From Phycisphaerae bacterium (GTDB lineage Bacteria > Planctomycetota > Phycisphaerae > UBA1845 > Fen-1342): a stretch of 64,000 nucleotides of DNA. The notes beneath the pieces were generated by a model, which saw only the letters and a program-made list of their open reading frames with translations, was not told the DNA's origin and ran no database searches. Both the position numbers and the translations under genes were made by a program. Within the stretch, counting starts at the first letter, position 1. Each line of letters begins with the position of its first letter. Shown here piece after piece: positions 19,900 through 30,152 of this stretch. The stretch is taken from NCBI GenBank assembly GCA_050115495.1, contig JASFQK010000015.1:1-64000 (forward strand). Reading direction: 5' to 3'.

Positions 19900-22833
19900 A
19901 TGAAACCGCTGACCCGGACGGTGATTCTGTCAATTGCCCTGCTGGCCATCGCCGGCGGTGCGCGGCCGGCTGGCGCGCAGGCGCAAGACAGCCAACCGAC
20001 ATCGCAGCCGGCGGCCAGCCAGCCCGCCGTGAACGTCCTCCGTTCGCCGCAGACGACGATCCAGTTCTTCCTGGAGACCGCGGGAGATCCGCAGGCCGGC
20101 GACGAGCCATGCGCCCAGGCCATGCGTTGCCTCGACTTCAGCGAGCTCGACGCCGAGAAGGTCGCCGCCGAGGGGACGACGTACGTGCGGCAGCTTGCCG
20201 ACATCCTCCGGCGGCTGGAGCAGGAGAAGCTGTTCGACCCTGCTGACAAGGAGGTCCTGCCGGATGAGCCCGTCGGAACGGTGCAGTCGTTCGGCAAGGG
20301 GGCGCTGACGCTCGAACTGCGACGGTTGCCGCGGGTGGTGATTGACGAGCAGACGGGCGAGGCCCGCACGGTCCAGGAATGGCGGTTCCCGTCGTACATC
20401 GTGGCCGAGATTCCCGTGTGGCACGCCGAGCTCGACGAGCGGATCGCCCGCATCCAGGCCGAGGCGGCGGGTCTGACCGCCGAGCCGGCGACGGCTGTGG
20501 CGCAGGTCGATCCGCAGAACCTGCGGACGGTGCAGCACACGATCAGCTTCTTCCTGGACGAGTGGAGCGCGGCACAGGCCGACGGGGCACGGTACGCGAC
20601 GGCGCTGGCCTGCCTCGACTTCGCCGACGTCGTGCGCGACACGCTCAGAGAGGAAATGGACAGCGAGGACGCCGGAGAGATCGAGGCGGCGTTGCGCGAA
20701 CGCGGTCCGGAGTACGTGCAGGAAGTGCGGGAGAAGGTGGGGATCAGCTACGCCGACGGGCTGCATGCCGTCCTGCAGGCGCTACTCGACGACGGGTCGG
20801 TGGTGCTGGGCGATCTGCCGGCGCGGCCGGAGCTGTACGTCAAGCCGACGTACTCGATCACGTCGCGGACGAATCGGGCGGTGGCCATCTCGCTGGAACG
20901 GCAAGGCGAATTGCCGGGCACGTGGCGGTTCAGCGCGCGGACGGTGAAGGACGTGCCGCGCATGCAGGCCGCACTGGCCGCGGCACCGGCCGAGGTGCCC
21001 GCGGTTCAGCCGGTGTCGCCGACGGGCGGAGCCGCCGGCGAGGCTGCGCCCGTGGTCGTCGCCCCACCGCCGACCGCAGCGGCCGCCAGTCGGGCGCCGC
21101 GGGATGAAACCGCCTCGCCACGCGCAACACTCCAGACGTTCCTGGGGGCGATGCAGGCCGGGGACGTGCCGCTGGCTGTGAGCTGTCTGGATACGAGCGA
21201 GCTCAGCCCGTCAGAGCGGGAACTGGCCCACGTCAGAGCCGGGAAGCTCTGGGCGGTGCTGGCCCGCTACCAGAAGGTGCTGCCGGCGACGCTGTCGGAC
21301 AACCAGGATGCGCCGCGGCAGGAGCCGCTGATCCCGCCGTCGCCGACCGGCCGCATCCAGCTCGGCAAAGAGCAGACCGGGCCGCGACAGGGTGAATGGC
21401 TGTTCACCAGCCAGACCGTGCGCGACGTCGAACAGCTCTACGAGTCGGTCGAGAGCCAGCCGATTCACGAAAGCTGGCGGACGGGCAAGGGCGGGCTATT
21501 GCCGTTCGTGCACTTCCCGGCGTTGTACGTGCGCGAGCGGATCAACGAGCTGATCAACGATCGGATCATCGAGACGGTCGATCCGGCGACGGGCGAGACG
21601 GTGCGCGTGAAGCAACCGGGGCGGCTGCCGCACTGGCTGGGCAACCAGTTTTACACGCTGCAAGTGTGGCAGTGGTTGGGGATCGCGATCGCCCTGCTGG
21701 TGGGACCGCTGGTGCGCTGGCTGTCGCAGATCCTGCTGCCACGGCTGAGCCGGTGGTTGCTGCGTGTCGAGGGGGCGGAGCTGCTGCCGAGCGTGGTGCG
21801 CAGCGCGTTCGCGCCGACGTCGACGCTGGCCATGGTGGCGACCTGGTGGGGACTCGTGCAGTTCCTCGATCTGAACGTGGCCATCATGACGTGGACGTGG
21901 TGGGTGCTGCGCGTGGCCATGACGATCGTGGGCGTGTACGCCTTCTACCGCATCATCGACGTGGCCATGGGCTACTTCGCCGCCCGGGCGGCGCGGACGT
22001 CGTCGCGGCTGGACGACGTGCTGGCCCCCCTGCTCCAGAAGACGCTGAAGGTGCTGGTGATCGCCGTGGGCGGCATCCTCTTCGTGAAGATGCTCGGCTT
22101 CCAGGTGACGCCGCTGCTGGCCGGTCTTGGTGTTGGAGGTCTGGCCTTCGGTCTGGCCGCGCAGGACACGCTGAAGAACTTCTTCGGCTCGGTCAACGTC
22201 GTGCTCGATCGGCCGTTCCAGGTCGGCGACTGGATCAAGATCGGCGACGTCGAGGGGACGGTCGAGTCGGTCGGTCTGCGCAGCTCGCGCATCCGCACCT
22301 TCTACAACTCGCAGGTCACGGTGCCCAACTCAGACATCATGACCTCGCAGATCGACAACCTCGGCCGGCGGCGCTACCGGCGGATTTCGTGCATGATCTC
22401 CGTGCTGTACTCGACGACGCCGGAGAAGCTCGAGGCGTTCTGTGCGGGCATACGCGAGCTGATTCGGCGGCATCCGTACACACGCAAGGACTACTACCAC
22501 TGCTGGGTGAACGCGTTCGCGCCGTCGTCCATCGACATTCTGCTGTACTGCTTCCACGAAACGCCGGACTGGGGCACGGAGCTGCGCGAGCGGCACCGGT
22601 TATTCCTGGACATCGTGCGGCTGGCGCAGCGGCTGGACGTCGGGTTCGCCTTCCCGACGCAGACGGTGCACCTGCATCACGAATCATCGCCGGGCGACAC
22701 CCCACCGCCGCCGGACGCACGACTGCCCGGCGATCCGGCGGAGTCAATCCGCTTCGGCGCGACGGAGGCGGAGAAGCTGGCACACGAGGCGTTCAGCGAG
22801 CAGAACGAATTGCCCCCGCCGGTGAAATATTGA
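19900..22833 (+). CDS. MscS-family mechanosensitive channel with large periplasmic N-terminal region
   Basis: GLGVGGLAFGLAAQDTLKNFFG, DRPFQVGDWI, GTVESVGLRSSRIRT, FAFPTQT; signal peptide. Confidence 0.92.
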   Translation: MKPLTRTVILSIALLAIAGGARPAGAQAQDSQPTSQPAASQPAVNVLRSPQTTIQFFLETAGDPQAGDEPCAQAMRCLDFSELDAEKVAAEGTTYVRQLADILRRLEQEKLFDPADKEVLPDEPVGTVQSFGKGALTLELRRLPRVVIDEQTGEARTVQEWRFPSYIVAEIPVWHAELDERIARIQAEAAGLTAEPATAVAQVDPQNLRTVQHTISFFLDEWSAAQADGARYATALACLDFADVVRDTLREEMDSEDAGEIEAALRERGPEYVQEVREKVGISYADGLHAVLQALLDDGSVVLGDLPARPELYVKPTYSITSRTNRAVAISLERQGELPGTWRFSARTVKDVPRMQAALAAAPAEVPAVQPVSPTGGAAGEAAPVVVAPPPTAAAASRAPRDETASPRATLQTFLGAMQAGDVPLAVSCLDTSELSPSERELAHVRAGKLWAVLARYQKVLPATLSDNQDAPRQEPLIPPSPTGRIQLGKEQTGPRQGEWLFTSQTVRDVEQLYESVESQPIHESWRTGKGGLLPFVHFPALYVRERINELINDRIIETVDPATGETVRVKQPGRLPHWLGNQFYTLQVWQWLGIAIALLVGPLVRWLSQILLPRLSRWLLRVEGAELLPSVVRSAFAPTSTLAMVATWWGLVQFLDLNVAIMTWTWWVLRVAMTIVGVYAFYRIIDVAMGYFAARAARTSSRLDDVLAPLLQKTLKVLVIAVGGILFVKMLGFQVTPLLAGLGVGGLAFGLAAQDTLKNFFGSVNVVLDRPFQVGDWIKIGDVEGTVESVGLRSSRIRTFYNSQVTVPNSDIMTSQIDNLGRRRYRRISCMISVLYSTTPEKLEAFCAGIRELIRRHPYTRKDYYHCWVNAFAPSSIDILLYCFHETPDWGTELRERHRLFLDIVRLAQRLDVGFAFPTQTVHLHHESSPGDTPPPPDARLPGDPAESIRFGATEAEKLAHEAFSEQNELPPPVKY

Positions 22834-23004
22834 GCCCCCCTACCACGCGGTAGACGCGAGCGGGAGTGGGGCACTGGTGGGCAAGCCACCCGCGGCACCC
22901 AGGGGCCCAGCGCGTTCATGACGTTCGTCGATGCACGCAGAAGACATGCCGGCGCTGCGCTTCGGCATGCCACACTTGGTTCGGGCGGGCGGCACTGGTG
23001 GCGG

Positions 23005-25347
23005 TCAGGGCATGGCGGGTTGGAGCCACTCGCGGAAACGGGCCAGGGCGTCGTCGAGCGTGCCGGGCACGTCGGCGAAGAGGCCGTGCTCCGGTTGCAC
23101 CGTGATGGTGTTGTTGGGCTGCGTCTGGCCGGCGTAGCGGTCCTCGCCGCCGCCGAGATCGAGCAGCAGCGACAGGCTGGCTCCGCCGTGGTAGTCGTTC
23201 GGGCTGGCGCGGACGCGGCCGGGGACCGTCGCGTAATCGTCGCAGCCGGCGGCGTCAACGAAGATGGCCACACCGTTGTGAGCCGAGGCCGCCAGGGCGA
23301 AATCGCCGCCGGAGTAGACATCGTCGCCGGCGCCGTCGATCAGGGCGGTAACCGTCTCGTCCCAGGAGCAGGACTGACCGACGCCACGGCGTGTGCGATA
23401 GACGTCGTTGCTGGCTTCGTCTTCGAGGTAGCCGATCGCCTGGTGAGCGGCGAAGGCCTGGCCGTAGCGTGAGCCGAGGTAGTCGTCGTCGCCGGCGCGG
23501 TCCACGAGCGAGCCCCAGCCGTAATAGTAGCCGCCGCCTTGCGAGAAGTTGCCGGCCTCGTAGACGTCGTCGCCGTTTTCGTCCAGGAGCAACGCGGCGC
23601 CACCCGACGTCAGGCCACGCAGGCCGACGCCGCAACCCTGCCCCCAGCCGGCGAAGATCCCCGGCGTGCCGTACGCGCCGAGGTCGCGGCCCATGCAGTA
23701 GTAGTGGTCGTTGCCGGCGCGGTCGATGAGCGCGGCCAATCCACCGGGCAGGCCGACAGCCTGGGCGAAGCGTTCAGCGTCGTAGCGGTCGTTGCCGGCT
23801 TCGTCGATGAGCAGGCCGACGCCGCAGAACGCCGCGGCCTGCGTGAAATCGCCGCCGCGATAGCTGTCGTCGCCGGCGCAGTCGTGCAGGATACCCACGC
23901 CGAGAACGCCGGCGCCCTGGCTCCAGCGACGGCTACGGTAACGGTCGTTGCCGTCGGCATCGTGGAGCAAACTGACACCGAGCAGACCGCAGCCAACCGC
24001 GTGCGGCCCGGTGGCGGCGTATTCGTCGTCACCGTCGAGGTCGATGATGACGGACAACCGTTGGGCGGCGGCGAGCGTATAGAAGTCGTTGCCGCCGAGG
24101 TCGATCACGACGGCGGCAGTCTCCTGGAACCACGTATCGCCCTCGCCGGCGAAGATGATCGGGCCGAATTCGGTATCGCGCTTGAGGAAAACGCCCGGGC
24201 CGTGGCCGGCGAGATCCTGCCGCAGGCCGGCCAGGTACGCCGGCTCGGTCAGGGCGACGAGGCGAACAGCGGCTTCGATGAAATGGGCGCGGTCCACGCG
24301 TGGGGCGAGCCGCACCAGGGCGGTGACCTTGTCGAGGCGAGCGCGGTCCGTGTCACGCTGCACCATGACGTCGTTGCAGATCGCATCCGCCATCACATCG
24401 ACACCCTCGGCGAGCTGCGCCCGCTCGTCGGCGTTGAGTCCGTCCAGCGCGGCCGCGCAGGAACGCTGCGCCTCGGCGAGCAGAGCCTCAATCTGCTGGG
24501 CATGCTCTTCGGGCGACAGACCGGTCCGCAGCGCCGGGGGTGATGAGACCGCTGGCTCAAGATCGAGCCACTGCCCCGCGTGCACGAGCAGATCCGGCAG
24601 CACCGGCGGCACCGCAGCCAGCCGCCGCGACAGCTCCGGCAAGGCGAACGGCTCACGCATGACGTACGCGTAGCGAGACAGGCAGTACCAGTCGGGTTGG
24701 GCGACGAGTTGAGCGAGGCGGTTGCGCTGGTTGTCGCGGGCGTCGGTGAGGCCGCGTTCGGCGACCAGGGCGTCGACCAGCCCCTCCGCCGGTAGCGTGG
24801 GCACCGGCTCGGGAAACATCGCGTCGTTCGGCGGAATGACGTGGTGGAGCAGGTCGAGGGCGGTCGGCCGGGATCCGAGCTCCGCGGTGATGGTGAGGCG
24901 TTCCCGCCGACGCTCGCCGCGGAACTCGACGACGGCCCCGGACGGGGCGGAAGCGAGCAACTCGCGGGCGCGGGCCAGGCCGTCGGCCGTCTCACTGAGG
25001 TCGCCGTTGACGCCCGCTTGCTGCACCGTGAATTCGCGAACAACGGTCAGGGTCAGGGGATCGCCGATCTGGCGGCTGGTGATGGCCGTGCCGAGCTGAC
25101 CGACGAGCGTCTCGGTGGCGGCGGCGAAATCCACATCGTCGGCGGCGACGATGATGTCGCCGCGGCGGAGGCCGGCCCGCTCGGCGGCACTGTCGGGCAT
25201 GACGTCTTCGATGCGGATGCCGCGGAGCGCGGTTTCACCTTCGGCTGCAGCCTTTTCGGTGTACGGCGTCATGGTCACGCCGAGCCAGGGCCGGGGCGGT
25301 TCGGGCGGCTGAGTGAGGAAAGGCATGAGCGCCAGCATCACCCACAT
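23005..25347 (-). CDS. PDZ-domain protein with many DxxGxDxY Gly-rich repeats
   Basis: SD GAAGGAG; WLGV...DSAAERAGLRRGDIIVA (PDZ); repeated DxAGNDxY. Confidence 0.8.
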   Translation of the reverse strand: MWVMLALMPFLTQPPEPPRPWLGVTMTPYTEKAAAEGETALRGIRIEDVMPDSAAERAGLRRGDIIVAADDVDFAAATETLVGQLGTAITSRQIGDPLTLTVVREFTVQQAGVNGDLSETADGLARARELLASAPSGAVVEFRGERRRERLTITAELGSRPTALDLLHHVIPPNDAMFPEPVPTLPAEGLVDALVAERGLTDARDNQRNRLAQLVAQPDWYCLSRYAYVMREPFALPELSRRLAAVPPVLPDLLVHAGQWLDLEPAVSSPPALRTGLSPEEHAQQIEALLAEAQRSCAAALDGLNADERAQLAEGVDVMADAICNDVMVQRDTDRARLDKVTALVRLAPRVDRAHFIEAAVRLVALTEPAYLAGLRQDLAGHGPGVFLKRDTEFGPIIFAGEGDTWFQETAAVVIDLGGNDFYTLAAAQRLSVIIDLDGDDEYAATGPHAVGCGLLGVSLLHDADGNDRYRSRRWSQGAGVLGVGILHDCAGDDSYRGGDFTQAAAFCGVGLLIDEAGNDRYDAERFAQAVGLPGGLAALIDRAGNDHYYCMGRDLGAYGTPGIFAGWGQGCGVGLRGLTSGGAALLLDENGDDVYEAGNFSQGGGYYYGWGSLVDRAGDDDYLGSRYGQAFAAHQAIGYLEDEASNDVYRTRRGVGQSCSWDETVTALIDGAGDDVYSGGDFALAASAHNGVAIFVDAAGCDDYATVPGRVRASPNDYHGGASLSLLLDLGGGEDRYAGQTQPNNTITVQPEHGLFADVPGTLDDALARFREWLQPAMP

Positions 25348-25505
25348 GCGGTTCTCCTTCGTGGCGGCAGTGCCGAACCGCCTCGCACTCTCCGCCGAAC
25401 CCACCGAGGCAGTGGACACGGAGCGTGAGACTGGTGTACATTCCCGAGCGTTCAGGGCCTGTTCGCATGTGTGGCCCCGCCTCGGGTGGATAGAGGAGAG
25501 TAACC

Positions 25506-26561
25506 ATGTCGGTTGTCGCCAACAACGCCTATGACCTGGAGCCGGAACGTCTGATCGGTATGGATATCGTGCGGGCCAGCGAAGCCGCAGCGCTGAACGC
25601 GTTTCGCTGGATCGGCAAAGGCGACAAGGAGGCGGCCGACGCTGCCGCCACCGACGCCATCCGCGGCATGCTGAACATCATGGATATCCGCGGCATCTGC
25701 TCGATCGGCGAAGGGATCAAGGACGAGGCGCCGGGCATCTTCGTCGGCGAGAAGCTGGGCCGCTGGGCCGACGATACGCCCTGCGTGAGCATCGCCCTGG
25801 ACCCGATCGACGGCACAACGCTGACGTCGAAAGGATTGCCCGGGGCGCTGGTGGTCATCGCCGTGGCGAAGACGAACGAGCCCGGCGTGCACGCCCTGCA
25901 AACGGTGCCGTCGGTGTACATGGAAAAGATCGCGGTCGGCCCGAAGGTCAAGGAAGGGCCGGGCACCGTGCGGCTGGGGGCCCCGGTCGACCAGAACCTC
26001 GAACTGATCGCCCTGAAACTGGGCAAGCGCGTACGTGACCTCGTGGTATGCATCCTCGACCGGCCGCGCCACGAGAGCCTGATCTCCGCCGTGCGACGCA
26101 CCGGGGCGGCGATTCGGCTGATCGGTGACGGCGACGTGGCCGGCGCCATCGGCCCCTCCATGACGGACAGCCCGATTGACGTGTACATGGGCATCGGCGG
26201 GTCGCCCGAAGCGGTGACGGCGGCCGCAGCCATCAAGTGCCTCGGCGGCGAGATCCTGGCTCGCATGTGGCCACGCACCGAGGACGAGCGGAAGGAGCTC
26301 GAACAGGACGGCTACGCCGAGCAGCTCAAGCACACCTACAACACCGAGGAGCTGGCCAAGGGCGACGGCATCGTCTTCGTGGCCACCGGCGTTACGGAAA
26401 ACGCTCTACTCCACGGCGTGCAGGTCAACGGGCATATCGCCCGCACGCACTCGGTCGTCATGCGGGCCCGCTCGCGGACGATCCGCTACATCTCCGCGTA
26501 CCACGACCTCACCCGCAAGACGATCCACCTGGCCAGCGAGGCCCGCGAGGCACGACTGTAA
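25506..26561 (+). CDS. glpX: Fructose-1,6-bisphosphatase class II
   Basis: ADAAA, IGEG..DEAP, DPIDGT, YMEK, LDRPRH, DGDV, GIGGSPE, ATGVT. Confidence 0.95.
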   Translation: MSVVANNAYDLEPERLIGMDIVRASEAAALNAFRWIGKGDKEAADAAATDAIRGMLNIMDIRGICSIGEGIKDEAPGIFVGEKLGRWADDTPCVSIALDPIDGTTLTSKGLPGALVVIAVAKTNEPGVHALQTVPSVYMEKIAVGPKVKEGPGTVRLGAPVDQNLELIALKLGKRVRDLVVCILDRPRHESLISAVRRTGAAIRLIGDGDVAGAIGPSMTDSPIDVYMGIGGSPEAVTAAAAIKCLGGEILARMWPRTEDERKELEQDGYAEQLKHTYNTEELAKGDGIVFVATGVTENALLHGVQVNGHIARTHSVVMRARSRTIRYISAYHDLTRKTIHLASEAREARL

Positions 26562-26806
26562 ACGACGTCACAGCGCCCGCGTCAAACGGTGCGCGACGCG
26601 CCGGTCGCCCGATAACTCGGGCGGTCGGCGCGTCTGCGTTTGGTCCGCGCCGACCGAAGTGCTAAGATGCGAATTGAGCGGTTGTCCGGCGGCTGCCAGT
26701 ATCGGCCGGCGCTCGAGAGGGGTCAGCCTGGTGAGCCCGCTCCACGGCTGTCGGGGCCTTCTTCGGGGGTGCGGGTCTGCGCTCGCGACGGAGGTGCACA
26801 CCGCCG

Positions 26807-29229
26807 ATGATCGGAAGCAGCAGCGCGTCAAGCGGGACAGCGAAGCGGACGAGATGCCGGTGGGCCGGAATCACTCTGGCTCTGCTCGCGCTCACGTGTT
26901 GGCCGGCCGCCGCCGACCTGCCCAGCAGCTTCGACTTGCGCAATGTGGACGGGCACAACCTCGTCACGTGCGTCAAGACCCAGTCCGGCGGAACGTGCTG
27001 GACCCACGCCACCGTGGCCGCCCTCGAAGGCAACCTGCTCATGACCGGCCAGTGGACGGCGGCCGGTGAGACCGGTGACCCCAACCTGTCCGAGTACCAC
27101 CTAGACTGGTGGAACGGCTTCAACGAGTACAACAACGACGACACCATCCCCCCACCGGCGGCGGGCTCACCGTCCACCAGGGCGGCGACTATCGCGTGGC
27201 CAGCGCTTATCTGTCGCGTGGCGAGGGCGCGGTCCGCGACCTCGACGGCCAGCGCTACGACGACGCTCCGCCGCGCAACGCCGACGGTTATCGCCGGTAC
27301 TACGCCCGCCACATCGAGTGGTTCGTCGCGTGCCCGGACCTGAGCGACCTGGACGAGATCAAGATCCGGCTGATGACCGACGGCGTCGTGGCGACGTCGA
27401 TCTGCTACGACTCGCAGTTCCTGACCGGGACGGCGCACTATCAGCCGCCGGGCAACGACCTGCCGCCGAACCACGCGGTGGCGATCATCGGCTGGGACGA
27501 CACGCGCGTCACCGGCGCTCCGGAACCCGGGGCGTGGCTGTGCAAGAATAGCTGGGGAGCCTGGTGGGGTGAGAGCGGGTACTTCTGGGTGTCGTACTGG
27601 GACCGATGCTGCTGCCAGGATCCGGAGATGGGCGCCATCTCGCTGCGCGACGTCGTGCCGCTGCCTTACGACCGCATCTACTATCACGACTACCACGGCT
27701 GGCGCGACACGCTGCGTTCGGCCAACGAGGCCTTCAACGCCTTCACCGCCACCGGTCACGAGGTTCTCGCCGGCGTCAGCTTCTTCACCGCCGAGGCGAA
27801 CGTCGCTTATGACGTGCGGGTGTATGACACCTTCTCCGGCGGCGAACTGAGCGACGTGCTCGCGGTGGCCGGCGGGACGTTTGAACATCCGGGCATGCAC
27901 ACGGTGGATCTGCCGACACCGGTTGAGCTGGCCGTCGGCGAGGACTTCTGCATCTATCTCGATCTCTCGACGGGTGGACAGCCATATGACCGGACGTCGG
28001 ATGTACCGGTGCTGTTGGGCGGGTCGTACCGTACGATCGTGCATTCACAGGCGGCGCCGGGGGAGAGCTACTATCGCGTGGAGGGCACGTGGGTCGATCT
28101 GCAGGACTGCGACGAAGGCGAGTGGCCGGGCACGGGCAACTTCTGCATCAAGGGCCTGGCCGTCGACTACCACGCCTTGCGCGTGCTGCTGCCCGACGGG
28201 CTGCCGACGTGCCTCGAACCGGGCGTAGAGACACCCATCACGGTGCAGATCGTCGACGAGCGTGAACAGTACGTGCCGGGCTCGGGCCGGCTGTACGTGC
28301 GCTACTATGGCGACGCGTTCGTCGAGCTGCGGCTAACGCCGCTGGGCGGCGACCTCTATCAAGCCATCCTGCCCGCCGCCAACTGTAACGCCGCGCCAGC
28401 GTTCTACGTCGCGGCCGACGGCGACGGCGGCAGCACGGTGACCTGTCCGGCGGATGCGCCCGCGTCTGCGTTCACCGCCGTGGTCGGCACGTTTGTTCCC
28501 GCGTTCGCGGACGACTTCGAGATGGACATGGGCTGGACGGTGATCGCCAACGCCATCGACGGCAACTGGGAACGGGGCGATCCCGAGCAAACGGTGAACG
28601 AAGGATACATCCTCCAGCCCGCGGACGACCATTCTCCGACCGGCACGCAGTGCTACGTCACCGGGCCGCTGGCCGGTGGCGGCGCCGGAGCGCACGACCT
28701 GGACGGCGGCCCCACGCGGCTCGTCTCGCCGCTGGTGGACCTGGCCGGCACCGACGCCCTGGTCAGCTACTGGTCCTGGTACCAGATGGGCATCTACTGG
28801 GACGACGTGTGGCTCGTGGAGATCACCAACGACGACGGCGCCAACTGGGTTCCGATCGAGGCGGTCACACGCCCGCAGCAGTGGACGCGCAGCGCCTGGT
28901 GGGTCGGCGACTACATCACGCCCACCGCGCAGATGCGCGTGCGCTTCACGGCGAACGACACGAACACCGCCTCCATGCTCGAAGCCCTGGTGGATGACTT
29001 CCGCGTCGAGACCCTGACGTGCACTCCCGCCTTCCCCGCCGGCGACGTCAACTGCGATGGCGCGCTCGACAACTTCGACATCGCCCCCTTCGTGCTGGCG
29101 GTCATCGACCCGCCGGGCTACCAGGCCGATTACCCGCTGTGCGACCCACAGCTCGCCGACGTCAACGGCGACGGAGCGACGAACAACTTCGACATCGCCC
29201 CGTTCGTGCACCTGCTCACCGGAGGCTAG
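26807..29229 (+). pseudogene. Papain-like C1A cysteine peptidase with lectin-like and dockerin-like domains, frameshifted at C6 run 27148-27153
   Basis: First frame: signal peptide, [21 protein letters not shown]. Second frame: NHAVAIIGWDD, KNSWG, dockerin tail. One extra C restores ...[18 protein letters not shown]... Confidence 0.85.
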
Positions 29230-29233
29230 CCGT

Positions 29234-29323
29234 CCGTTGAAAAAGGGCACTGGCTCCGAGCGACAGGGCTCACAGTGCGCCGACAACCGGCCGTGGCGAG
29301 GTGTCTGTCCCCTTTTTCAACGG
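29234..29323. repeat. MITE/REP-like element, copy 1
   Basis: Terminal inverted repeat CCGTTGAAAAAGGG/CCCTTTTTCAACGG; homologous to 51415-51508. Confidence 0.75.
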
Positions 29324-29337
29324 GACCCTGGCCGGCC

Positions 29338-29559
29338 TCAACGACGCGGGCGCTTCGTGGTCCGCTTCGGCCGCGCCGGCCGGCGCTTCCCCGCCGAACG
29401 CTGACGCCAGGTGCAGGGCGTATTCTTGTTGACCAGTTCCTTCAACTTCCGGCACCAGACGGCGGACATGGTGCGGCAGATGCCGGCGGTCTCGGCTGGC
29501 GGGAAGTCGGCGAAGGGGCAATCGAAATCGCAGAACTCGGGAATGTCCTTGTCACTCAT
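29338..29559 (-). CDS. Small Cys-rich basic protein (73 aa)
   Basis: MSDKDIPEFCDFDCP...GICRTMSAVWCRKL...PCTW with five Cys; GC3-typical codons. Confidence 0.6.
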   Translation of the reverse strand: MSDKDIPEFCDFDCPFADFPPAETAGICRTMSAVWCRKLKELVNKNTPCTWRQRSAGKRRPARPKRTTKRPRR

Positions 29560-29703
29560 GCTCTGTTCCGCAGGGGTTTGGCGGCCGAAGCCGGCGGCGC
29601 CGGCGCGACCCGCGCCCAGCATACGGCCCCTGGCCCGCCCTGGCGACCGCCGGCGGTTTGGGCTGGGACGCGTCCCGAAAGGGACGTACAATCATGACCG
29701 GTG

Positions 29704-30099
29704 GCGAAGTGGGCCAGGCGGCCGCTGACGGCCGTCCTTGCGGGCGGCTCGTTGGAGGAAAGTCCGGACTGGACAGGGCACGGTGGTGGCTAACGGCCAC
29801 CGGGAGCAATCCCAGGGAAAGTGCCACAGAAAACACACCGCCGATGGCTGCTGACGCGCGCGCCAACAGCACAGGCAAGGGTGAAAAGGTGCGGTAAGAG
29901 CGCACCGCGCGGGCGGTGACGTCCGCGGCAGGGTAAACCCCACCGCCAGCAAGCCCAAGTATGGGGCGATGAGCCGGCCCGGCTCGCTATGTAGCCCCGG
30001 GTAGGGTGCATGAGCCCGTCGGTAACGGCGGGCCCAGATGAATGGTCGCCGCCCGTCCTGCTGGACGGGAACAGAATCCGGCTTACCGGCCCGCTTCGC
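29704..30099 (+). ncRNA. rnpB: RNase P RNA (class A)
   Basis: GAGGAAAGTCCGG, GAAAGTGCCACAGAAA, GGTAAACCC, AGATGAAT, ACAGAATCCGGCTTA; ends pair as P1; -10 TACAAT at 29687-29692. Confidence 0.97.
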
Positions 30100-30152
30100 C
30101 ACCCTGTTGTGCGCCGCTCCCGCCGGCGGCCCGATGCCGTGACAAGGACGTC

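Noticed and set aside
29692..30152. ORFs overlapping rnpB
   Set aside because: The region is explained by RNase P RNA; the mrdA start fits 30153.
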